Source: Deltaproteobacteria bacterium (GTDB lineage: Bacteria > Desulfobacterota > Syntrophobacteria > BM002). From it: a stretch of DNA of 64,000 bases. The position numbers and the translations under genes were made by a program. Under the pieces are notes generated by a model, which saw only the letters and a list, made by a program, of their open reading frames with translations, was not told the origin of the DNA and did no database searches. Numbering within the stretch: position 1 is the stretch's first letter; every line of letters starts with the position of its first letter. Positions 8,219 to 16,726 of the stretch are shown one piece after another. The stretch is from contig JAFDGZ010000006.1 in the NCBI GenBank assembly GCA_019309045.1, positions 2,066 to 66,065 on the forward strand, read 5' to 3'.

Positions 8219-9359
8219 TTTTTACTTCCACCTCACCCGAGATAATTTTCGGATGATCGGCCGGAATGCGGTAGTCGTCAAAATTGACTATCCTTACATA
8301 GGTGGTAACCCTGTCGAGGCTGTGATAACCGTTTCGCCTTCTGGGGTTGTAGCCATGGTAGAGGGCAAGCAGCCCCAATTCCAGGGAGCGTATCACGTTT
8401 TGGGCAGAAAATTCTGTTGCCGGTGTAAACTGTTTCATACAAATTTCCTGCTTGGCAGCATGTCGGAAAAGAAAAGGGTGTTTGTACCTGTCGAGCACAT
8501 ACGGTCTAGGGGTACCGCTGGTGGATACTGCCACCCGGCAATCAGGAAACAGGTAGAGACGGCCATAATAGTCCTTGAGGGCGTATTCACCCGTATGCAC
8601 GTATACGTGATAATCTCCAGCACGTCCTTCTCTGAACAAGCCAAAGTCATCTAGACTGCAAGAACCCTTATCTGCTATGTACAACAGCAGCGCGACATAC
8701 TTCTTGTCCAATTTCGCCAGCTTTTCCCTCTCTGCCACCTCCTTCTGCAGACGATATTTCTCGGCGACCCTGAACTGCACTTTTGACGCCGCCTCCAGCC
8801 AGTCCTGTAATTCTTTTGCCTCCATAAGGCCGTCTGCAGGGTAGTGATCCTGCGAATACGTATCAGCAAAACTCTCGAGCAGTGTCTGAAGTGAATTGTC
8901 ATCGCGATACCTTTCCGCCTCGCGGTAATAGGAAGCTGGCACGCTCAGCCTTTCCGCCAGTAGAGCCAGGATTTCCTCGCTGTTCAAGGTGCGTCGGTGC
9001 AGACCTTTGCGCCTCCCTACAAAGTGAGGCATTATCTGAAAAATAATAGTCTGCAATTTGTCATCAGGCCCAAAGGCGTCTCTAACCCAGGAGTTTACCT
9101 TGCTGTCGAGCAATCCCGTCCGCAGTCTATGGTAGGAATCCGGGTAGAGCCGGCCATACTGACGCACCAGTGACTCGAGTGTCACCGACCTCACAAAGAG
9201 CTGCCCTGCAACCTGGAGAACGACAGGAAGAGATTCTTCAGAGCCACTTTCTGCCAATACAGTGGCCTCTTTTTGCACCTCAGGATCGAAGAGCAATGGC
9301 ACATAGAGCACCCCTTGCTGTACGACAAAGGGACCATTATTCGCAAGTAGTTTAGCCAT
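8205..9359 (-). CDS. Hypothetical protein with a candidate UBC/E2-like C-terminal domain
   Basis: ORF 8205..9362 (TTG), with ATG at 9359 lying 3 nt after the stop of the upstream small gene. The C-terminal region PRPYVLDRYKHPFLFRHAAKQEICMKQFTPATEFSAQNVIRSLELGLLALYHGYNP aligns by eye to the E2 core ([26 protein letters not shown]...[15 protein letters not shown]). Confidence 0.5.
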   Translation of the reverse strand: MAKLLANNGPFVVQQGVLYVPLLFDPEVQKEATVLAESGSEESLPVVLQVAGQLFVRSVTLESLVRQYGRLYPDSYHRLRTGLLDSKVNSWVRDAFGPDDKLQTIIFQIMPHFVGRRKGLHRRTLNSEEILALLAERLSVPASYYREAERYRDDNSLQTLLESFADTYSQDHYPADGLMEAKELQDWLEAASKVQFRVAEKYRLQKEVAEREKLAKLDKKYVALLLYIADKGSCSLDDFGLFREGRAGDYHVYVHTGEYALKDYYGRLYLFPDCRVAVSTSGTPRPYVLDRYKHPFLFRHAAKQEICMKQFTPATEFSAQNVIRSLELGLLALYHGYNPRRRNGYHSLDRVTTYVRIVNFDDYRIPADHPKIISGEVEVKNEYL

Positions 9360-9362
9360 CAA

Positions 9363-9737
9363 CTACCAATCTCCGCCTTCCTGAGGCTTGATCGCCCGGA
9401 TGGGCACATAAAGATAGTTCTCACCAATTTCAGTCTGCTGTCTCTCCACATAATTAAGCGCCCTATCGTCGATCTCCTTGCCTCTGCTGAGTAGTTTGCC
9501 TCCCTTGAGCTGCCGACGAATCTCTTCTACTATTTGCCGCTCTTCAATGCTCAGGTCTTCCCTGGCCAATGTCTGCTCGCACAGTTGCCTCAGGCTCTTG
9601 CCCTCATATGTACCAGGCTCGTAAATATCAACCAGCCCTTCCCTTGCCTGCCCAGCCATTATCTCTACTACCAGTGGCAGCAGCCTCTCTTCTTTTGCCC
9701 GCCTTGCCACATCCTGGTCCAGCTCTACATCAGCCAT
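9363..9737 (-). CDS. Small protein with a ubiquitin-like C-terminal half ending in GG-DW (candidate modifier precursor)
   Basis: ORF 9363..9752. ATG at 9737 sits 6 nt after GGAGGAG. The C-terminus is KLLSRGKEIDDRALNYVERQQTEIGENYLYVPIRAIKPQEGGDW. It resembles ubiquitin 43-76 and has a diglycine two residues before the stop. Confidence 0.55.
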   Translation of the reverse strand: MADVELDQDVARRAKEERLLPLVVEIMAGQAREGLVDIYEPGTYEGKSLRQLCEQTLAREDLSIEERQIVEEIRRQLKGGKLLSRGKEIDDRALNYVERQQTEIGENYLYVPIRAIKPQEGGDW

Positions 9738-9981
9738 GCTACTCTCCTCCATGCATTTCTTTCGCCAATTTTCATTATTTTAACTCATGGGAAACACAAA
9801 AGGTAAGCAGCGAACATGTCAGTGTCGATCAAGGCGTCACCCGAGGACGGGAGATGATATGTATCTCCAGGGCATTGGACCACTGATGGTTTGCTATCTC
9901 CTTTTCTAGTCATCATCTCCCAGAGGCAGCATTGCCATTCATAGAAAAGAACACCCGTCAAATGGCTCATGCCAAATGGAG

Positions 9982-10683
9982 TCAATCTTTGCACACAGTT
10001 TCACGGGTAAAATCACGAGCCGCGGCGACTCCTTCCTTTTCGGCAAATAGCTGAATCCACTCCTGCACTCGCGCTTCACCGTAAGCATCTTTCCAGGCAG
10101 CCACTATAAGGTCCACTGGAACGTCTGCAAAGGTACCGTGGTGGGCAACGTATTCCATGAAGCGGTTGTTCTGCGCGTCGTAAGGGTGGAAGAGGGAGTC
10201 ATGCCGCCCATCAAACTCCAGAGGCGGCACTCCGTGCCGCTCGCAAAGCTCTCGATTGAAAGTAGGCGTGGCCTTCACCCATTTGCCTTCTAGATAGAAC
10301 TCGACGAAGCCGTGATACACAAAGAGGTTGCTGCCCAGAAAATCAAGAAGCTGCTTTGTGGCCAGATGATTGCGTACCGTGGCAAATCCGAGCCGCGTCG
10401 GGATGCCACAGGCGCGGGCCAGAGCGCACAACAATGACGCCTTGGGAACGCAGAAGCCCCTGCCCTTTGCCAGTACTTTGCTTGCCTGGTAGTGGACCGG
10501 CAGGTGAAAGGCGCAGTATGGATCGTAGCGGATACCATCTCGCACAGCCAGATATAGTCTCACTGCCTGTTCAACCTGATCGTAGCAGCCAGCGACTGTT
10601 TGTTTCGCATACCTTTCCACAGGTAGCTGATCGCTGTCTATGATTGCCGTAGGCTGTAGATAGATTGCCCTGCTCTCTTTCAT
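9982..10683 (-). CDS. Transglutaminase-like cysteine peptidase-fold protein
   Basis: Transglutaminase-core pattern: GRGFCVPKASLLCALARACGIPTR (Cys), then VYHGFVEFYLEGKWVKATP (His), with downstream Asp. ATG at 10683. Confidence 0.8.
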   Translation of the reverse strand: MKESRAIYLQPTAIIDSDQLPVERYAKQTVAGCYDQVEQAVRLYLAVRDGIRYDPYCAFHLPVHYQASKVLAKGRGFCVPKASLLCALARACGIPTRLGFATVRNHLATKQLLDFLGSNLFVYHGFVEFYLEGKWVKATPTFNRELCERHGVPPLEFDGRHDSLFHPYDAQNNRFMEYVAHHGTFADVPVDLIVAAWKDAYGEARVQEWIQLFAEKEGVAAARDFTRETVCKD

Positions 10684-10734
10684 TGTCCTTCACATCCGTC
10701 TGTACCAGGCGCAGCCTGCACCGTAGCGCTCGGA

Positions 10735-11283
10735 CTACGGCAGATTTTTCTGCCACTCTTTGGCAAAGATCTTTGCTACTTTGTTGGTCTGGGAAGGATC
10801 TATCTTCAGTGCTTTGGCAACTTCCGCATATAATCTTTTACGATCGCGGTTTTCGGCATCCACCAGAGTCTGCAAATCTCTCTTTTCTTTTAGCCCCAAG
10901 CCCTTGGTATGGGCCACTGACACATAGCCATCCTGGCCTTCTTTGAGGTTGCCATTCTGGTAATAGGGCTTCGTGAGACTATAGCGGGCTTTCATCTCCT
11001 TCTTCAACGCCCGTATGGTCGGGTTGGAAACTGTGGTCACTTCGCCAGCCCACGCCTCGAGAGCGGTCAGATGAAATAGCTCATATTGCAGTAGCGATTC
11101 TTGGTCCTTCTTGGGGGACTGCTCTTTTTCTTCTGTATTCTTGCCTCGAATGTCACTGACAATCTCCCCGGCAACTGATTCCACCTCTTTTTCAGGGAAA
11201 TAGATGTTGATAGTTACGCAGGCAAATACTGTGAGTATACCGAAAACAACCAAAACTTTCGCCGTCTTCCGAGAACCTTTCAT
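10735..11283 (-). CDS. YdbL-like (DUF1318) periplasmic protein
   Basis: N-terminal TM/signal segment. C-terminal GQDGYVSV...LVDAENRDRKRLYAEVAKAL matches the DUF1318/YdbL pattern. ATG at 11283 lies 5 nt after GGAGAGG; the track start is GTG 11289. Confidence 0.7.
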   Translation of the reverse strand: MKGSRKTAKVLVVFGILTVFACVTINIYFPEKEVESVAGEIVSDIRGKNTEEKEQSPKKDQESLLQYELFHLTALEAWAGEVTTVSNPTIRALKKEMKARYSLTKPYYQNGNLKEGQDGYVSVAHTKGLGLKEKRDLQTLVDAENRDRKRLYAEVAKALKIDPSQTNKVAKIFAKEWQKNLP

Positions 11284-11405
11284 TTCCACCTCTCCCCTTG
11301 TCCCCCGGTTAACACCACATTACTCTAATCTGCATCCATCGGGCTGGCAAGTCGGGGCATCAGCAGAACAACCCCCACTTCCCAGAACAGACTGGCGCAT
11401 TGGGG

Positions 11406-14400
11406 CTATTTTATCACTGGCCCAGTGCTGTCAGCGGTGATCCGTTTCAGGCGTCCCACCATATCTTTGAAACTTACTCGATTATCGACGTTTTGGTTGA
11501 TGACATCAACTCCCGTAAGTCCAGCTCTTCGTACCAGATATTCCTTGCCCCCTTCTTTGACAATACCGTTCACCTTAAAGATATCATTCTGCAAAGAAGC
11601 TCGCACCCCCATTTTTCTATAGGAAAAATGCTTGAAAAAGGGAGTGAGAAGTCTGGCTGCCCCCATGAAGGGACTCTGAGCCCCGCCTAGTTGGGCAATG
11701 TGGTCTATGGCCTTCAGGCTGATTTTCTGCCTGACCCCTTTCTTTTTTACAGTCTGTAGCAACAGGTCAAAACTCTGCGGTTGCCCGTCCACAATCTCCA
11801 GATCGTTGACATAGCCGCTGAGAATTCCCTGAACTCTGCCGAAACCGGTTCCTCTAGTGGCAAGGTCGAGATTCAGGTCCTTTACTTTCACATTGCACCT
11901 GAGAAGGGGGGCGGGAGAATAGATGGCGCTCGCACCTAAATCCGAGATGAGCAGTTCACCGTCGAAAACGTGCACAGTCACGTGCCCCGAAGTGGTAATG
12001 GTGTCTTTTTCGACTACAATCGGTGCCAGTCGGCCTGTCACATCCCCATTGATGGGCCGAGGCCACATATCGTGCAGCAATGGCTGCAGCTCTTTGATGT
12101 CGATAGCCATACTGGTCTGTAAATGGGGCCGTCCGCTGTAGGGATTGCGCACCTCGATCCGGCCTAGACTCACTTTTCCCCCTGGCAGGAAAAGCTCAAC
12201 TCCATTCTTCACTCTCAGGGTATTACCCACGCTTTCGAGGTTCAAATGGAGCGGCTGTTCCGAGAAAAGCGGCAGTTTCAGAATCTCCACGGCTAGAAAC
12301 CCATTTACTGCCTTGCCTGCTGTACCCTTTGAACCACTTTGATAGCTGATGGGAAAATCGACTTTTATTCCCTCTATTCCTATTTTCTTCTCCGGCACCA
12401 CCAGACTCCCATCTCTCCAGCGAAGGTGACCTGTTCCCTGCTTTTGAGACCCATTGCTAGATAAGGAAAACTCCCCGGATACTGTGCCGCTCACCTGCAA
12501 TGCTGGAAGCAAGGCATTTTCACTCTTGAATGGCTCCACCAAGAAGTGCTGAAAGATGGGCCTCAGCGGAGCTCTGCCGAGAGAAAGCCGCGCATGCACG
12601 GGGCGGCCCTGGCGCTGCAGCTGCATAGAGCCAGTGCCTTCAACAGTCAACAGATTTTTTAGATCCACAACCATTCTCCCCATCTTTAACGACTCTGCCG
12701 CCAGGTCGTAGGTGGCCTCGGTCCGTGCAGAGAAAGCGTTCTCACCAAGGTTCAGATAGAATCTGTCATAAAGCATCTCACCCGCAGGGACCTGCAGGGA
12801 AATGGTGGCCTCCACAGCAGGTTCTTTGAATTTCTTGCGCCCCTTCGCTTCCGCAGTCAAGGAGAGCCCCTCTGCCACAATGCTCTGTTCTTTGTTTTGC
12901 AAGGCCACCTTCTCCAGGACAATTCTCCCCCAGAAAGTCGTCTCTCGCCCAGGCCTCACCGTGGATTCTATCCGAATAGAATCTACTCCCTCCACCTGCC
13001 AATCGCTGGGAAGCAGTCCCAGGGCCGCAAGAGCTTCGAAAAGATGGGTACGCTCACCCCGGAGGCTCAAGTGCGCTTGTTGATCTCGAACATCCAGGGC
13101 AAGCTGAAGGTTCTTCAGGATTGAAGAGTGGAAGCGGAGATGAGGGATTGACACAGATTTCTCGGAGATATCCACGGTACCCTCTGCTGCTCTGAGATGT
13201 ACATCGCTGAACAGCTTCTTCCCTGGACCTAGAGGTAGTCGCACTACAGGCAACTCAGCCGTCACCTCTTCTATGAGAAAGCGAGGATACCTCCCACTGA
13301 GAGAAAATCCCGCCTCAAAAGACTGCAGCTCTATTCCGCCGACAGCTGCCAGAGCTTTATCTATGGTCATCGACAAGAATAGTTGTGGAAAGGGCAGCTT
13401 TCCTCTGGCTGAAATGCGGCCATTCAGAGTGGCAGCCACTCTGGCCCTCTCAGTGGAGTAAGAAAACACGTTGTTCTCCAGGCGCCCCCGCAAATCAGTA
13501 TCCCAGAGCCAACCGGCCGCCGTTTTCGCAGCACGGATCAAGCCGTCTCCTTTGATAATTCCTGTCAAAGCCACTGCACGCAGCTTCTTCTTCGTATCAC
13601 CCGGGAGCAGCCAGGCGATACCAGCGGGAATCACGCTTGCCTCTCTGATTTCCACATATACCTTGGGTTGAGCGCCAAAGTTTCCCTTCAGTGCCCCTTG
13701 CAATTGGGCCAGTCCTTCCACTGTCAACTGAAATACTGGTACGGAGAAACTCTCCTCTCTGAGGTCGAGGCTACCATTCGCACTCACATGCGTCATGATT
13801 GGTGTACGGCTGCTAGCCGCGAGCCTGCGCATGGAAGCCCTGCGAGCGTCCACGATAATGGATCCAAAGTCGAGCCGCTTCGTGTTCAGGTGATACTTGA
13901 ACCGCGCTCTCACCTCCATGGCTTCCACCGATGCCTCTGGACTGTGCAATACTCCCCCCCGGAGAGTGACAAGACACTCTATATTCGGTTTCAGTAGTGA
14001 GACCACTCCTTCAGTAAGCAGATGGATATCTGAGCTGCTGAAGCTGATCTCTTCGGAAGGCAAGCTGAAGTTGGCTGTCGAAGATACTTCCAGACGACCA
14101 TCACTGTGCAAAGAAGCGTGCACCTGTTCGAACTGGATTACTGCCTGGGGAAGCTGCGCAGTAATTCTGCTGTTGACTACCTCCGCCCCTTCAAGCCTTA
14201 TCTCTTTGAAAAGGAAAAAAGCCACCAGCTTCTTTATTATTCTCGAGGTCAGCGACCATTGCTGTTTTTCTCCCTGGCGGCTCTGCTTGGTCAGCACAGG
14301 CTGTCCAGATACGTTGATGCTCAGACCATGCATTAAGAGTTTCTCGAAAACAAGAGACCTCTCACCGAGCCCCCCCACCAGCCGCATGTCCGCCTCGAAC

Positions 14401-14660
14401 TCTTCCAAACTAAGGAGAAATTTGCCCCCAGTCGGAGATGATCTCACCGTTATATGGCCAGCCTTCAAATGCAAGGGGGAAATAGAATACTCCAATGTGC
14501 CAATGTTGACCACAGCTTTGCTTCGCTGAGCAAACGAATTTTCCAGTAGATTTTTGACGCGCCAGGGATGAGTGTAGTAATAATAGGTGAGGCCGGCAAT
14601 CGCTCCCATAAGAAGCAATGAGAGCACGATGACGACAAGAAGTAGTCTCTTGATTTTCAT
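11406..14660 (-). CDS. YdbH/AsmA-like large envelope protein (1084 aa, N-terminal TM anchor)
   Basis: N-terminal anchor MKIKRLLLVVIVLSLLLMGAIAGL, then a long beta-rich repetitive body. It sits directly upstream of a YdbL-like gene, as in the E. coli ydbH-ynbE-ydbL locus. Confidence 0.65.
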   Translation of the reverse strand: MKIKRLLLVVIVLSLLLMGAIAGLTYYYYTHPWRVKNLLENSFAQRSKAVVNIGTLEYSISPLHLKAGHITVRSSPTGGKFLLSLEEFEADMRLVGGLGERSLVFEKLLMHGLSINVSGQPVLTKQSRQGEKQQWSLTSRIIKKLVAFFLFKEIRLEGAEVVNSRITAQLPQAVIQFEQVHASLHSDGRLEVSSTANFSLPSEEISFSSSDIHLLTEGVVSLLKPNIECLVTLRGGVLHSPEASVEAMEVRARFKYHLNTKRLDFGSIIVDARRASMRRLAASSRTPIMTHVSANGSLDLREESFSVPVFQLTVEGLAQLQGALKGNFGAQPKVYVEIREASVIPAGIAWLLPGDTKKKLRAVALTGIIKGDGLIRAAKTAAGWLWDTDLRGRLENNVFSYSTERARVAATLNGRISARGKLPFPQLFLSMTIDKALAAVGGIELQSFEAGFSLSGRYPRFLIEEVTAELPVVRLPLGPGKKLFSDVHLRAAEGTVDISEKSVSIPHLRFHSSILKNLQLALDVRDQQAHLSLRGERTHLFEALAALGLLPSDWQVEGVDSIRIESTVRPGRETTFWGRIVLEKVALQNKEQSIVAEGLSLTAEAKGRKKFKEPAVEATISLQVPAGEMLYDRFYLNLGENAFSARTEATYDLAAESLKMGRMVVDLKNLLTVEGTGSMQLQRQGRPVHARLSLGRAPLRPIFQHFLVEPFKSENALLPALQVSGTVSGEFSLSSNGSQKQGTGHLRWRDGSLVVPEKKIGIEGIKVDFPISYQSGSKGTAGKAVNGFLAVEILKLPLFSEQPLHLNLESVGNTLRVKNGVELFLPGGKVSLGRIEVRNPYSGRPHLQTSMAIDIKELQPLLHDMWPRPINGDVTGRLAPIVVEKDTITTSGHVTVHVFDGELLISDLGASAIYSPAPLLRCNVKVKDLNLDLATRGTGFGRVQGILSGYVNDLEIVDGQPQSFDLLLQTVKKKGVRQKISLKAIDHIAQLGGAQSPFMGAARLLTPFFKHFSYRKMGVRASLQNDIFKVNGIVKEGGKEYLVRRAGLTGVDVINQNVDNRVSFKDMVGRLKRITADSTGPVIK

Positions 14661-15074
14661 TTGATTACAGCCCTGGCGCCGATTTTCGGCTGTCAGCCAG
14701 CCAAAATGACGGCACTCATTATAGCGGTGCTAGCCTGCAGTTGCTATGAATAATTGAGGGCCTTGACAGCAGCCAACGATAAAGCTGCGGGCAGTGAAGA
14801 GAACATCTGGTGGATCAGGACAAGGCAAGGCTATTGGGGTAACAGCGGGCTCTTGGCAACAAACTCTCTCTTGCCTGCCCTTTGGCAGTAAGTGTCAGCA
14901 GTACTTTCAGCAAAGAACTGCGACCATTACACGAGACCACAGGCGTGGACCAGGCTATTCCAGACTGGTCACCCGAACTGGTTGCCTCCGGGAGAAGAAA
15001 AGACAAATGGTTGGTCGCAGAAAAAAACTATCTTTTCCTGCTGACCTGACCTCTGCCACTGATGCCAATCCTTG

Positions 15075-16433
15075 TTAGCGTGAAAACATATAGGTAAACT
15101 GGCGTCCCGCATTGCTTTCCATCTCCTGCCATTGTGCCAGCCCCTCCCAGGCCACATCATAGGCATTGCCGGCACTCCAGAGCAGCCAGCCTCGTGATTT
15201 CGACTCCTTCAATGCCAAGAGCTGTTGAACCACGTACTCTCCGTTGAACTTCTTGGTCCCGAAGGGAAAGGCCTGAATCCACGGACGCACAGTCACCCTG
15301 CTGCCTTTGAGCAGCGCTGCAAACCGGGCACACGTCTTGGAAACCAATAAGAAGGGGGCATCGCCTGGATTGGCCAGGCCGTGAAATCGGTTGTAGAAAT
15401 GCGATGGATAAATCATCGGAGATATCACGTCGCAATGTGCTGCCAGGGCTGCTATGTTCTGGCCGGTCATGGCCACATCTTCCACACGATCCCAGGCTGT
15501 TATGCCAAAGACATCAATGGATAGCAGCACTTTGTACGGTTGCAGCTCTCGATAGGCCCTGGCAAGAAACCTGGTTATAATTTCATCCCTGCTGATTTTT
15601 CCTGGCTCATCATCACGGGCATCACCCTCGCCCAGGGCAACTGTGGGAAAGCGAATATAGTCGAACTGTATCTCGTCAACACCCATGGCAGCCACTTCTT
15701 TTGCAATCTCTATGCAGTAGTCCTGCACCTCCACTCTGGCTGGATCGACCCAGGCGATTTTGCCGTTGTCCATTACTGGTGCCCCATTCACTGATGAACG
15801 CAGGGCGAATTCAGGCCGCTTTCTGGCCAGAAGTGGATCGTAGAAGAGCACCAGCCTGACACCGATGTGCAATCCTTTCTGATGTAGATAGTGAAATAGC
15901 TTTGCTGGATCACTGACTGCTGCACAGTTGCTGGCCCCAATGGACCTGGCCAGAGGGACCTTTGAAGTGTACGACAGTTTTCCCGACATATCCTTGCCGT
16001 CCAGGATGACCGTATTGCCGCCATTGGCAAGCAGAGTATCGGCCAGCCTGGTGATCTTCTGGCAGGCCATGGAATAGCGGTTCACATAAATGCCTTTTGC
16101 GAGGAAATCTCTCTGCTTGGCAATGGTCTTGGCTTTCAGCGGCGTTGATCTCACCAAAGGTACAATGAGCTGTTGTTTCGGGTGGATAAGAGACCCTTTG
16201 AGGTGGTTGAGTTTCTTGATCTGCTCAGTGAGATCGCTCGTAGTAAGTGACTCTGTCAAAGGCAGATACTGGCGAGCTATTCTGTCGAGCGTCTCACCAG
16301 TGGCTACCACATGAACAAATCTGCCATGAGAATGATCTTCCTTGCCGCCAGCCTCCGCAGCCAAGCACAACAGCGTCATTATTCCCATGGCCAGGGCACA
16401 AACCTTTTTCCTGTACAATAGTTTCCAGGCCAA
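15075..16433 (-). CDS. Secreted LysM-domain protein with a putative glycoside hydrolase (DUF4015-like TIM barrel) domain
   Basis: Signal peptide. LysM-like HVVATGETLDRIARQYL. KGIYVNRYS...GGNTVILDGKDMSGKLSY and DEIQFDYIRFP resemble the DUF4015 putative glycosyl hydrolase family. TTG start at 16433 with GGAGGT 8 nt upstream. Confidence 0.65.
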   Translation of the reverse strand: MAWKLLYRKKVCALAMGIMTLLCLAAEAGGKEDHSHGRFVHVVATGETLDRIARQYLPLTESLTTSDLTEQIKKLNHLKGSLIHPKQQLIVPLVRSTPLKAKTIAKQRDFLAKGIYVNRYSMACQKITRLADTLLANGGNTVILDGKDMSGKLSYTSKVPLARSIGASNCAAVSDPAKLFHYLHQKGLHIGVRLVLFYDPLLARKRPEFALRSSVNGAPVMDNGKIAWVDPARVEVQDYCIEIAKEVAAMGVDEIQFDYIRFPTVALGEGDARDDEPGKISRDEIITRFLARAYRELQPYKVLLSIDVFGITAWDRVEDVAMTGQNIAALAAHCDVISPMIYPSHFYNRFHGLANPGDAPFLLVSKTCARFAALLKGSRVTVRPWIQAFPFGTKKFNGEYVVQQLLALKESKSRGWLLWSAGNAYDVAWEGLAQWQEMESNAGRQFTYMFSR

Positions 16434-16726
16434 TCCACCATACCTCCAGCTCGCCTGACTCGTTTTTCTTTGCTGTGGTGGAGATGGATAGCAAGAAGCG
16501 TGCTCAAAATTATACTATTATGAAACGATTTAAAAATAGGTATGATTAAAGGTAGGTTATTGTATACATTTTTTTCTAGATACAGACTTTTGAGGAAATT
16601 ATAAACCTTATATTATCTTTTAGAACACTCTATGCGGGTTTCTGCGGCAAATAGTACATAAGAGGGCACGGCCATGAAATCACGGAGCCCCACAGCCGAC
16701 ACTGATGAATTACCTTTTGTCAGCCT

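Noticed and set aside
13897-14529. 210-aa plus-strand ORF (and several others between 11400 and 14530) inside the YdbH-like gene
   Set aside because: They are antisense shadows of a single uninterrupted 1084-aa ORF. Their composition is Ser/Leu/Cys-rich and low-complexity.
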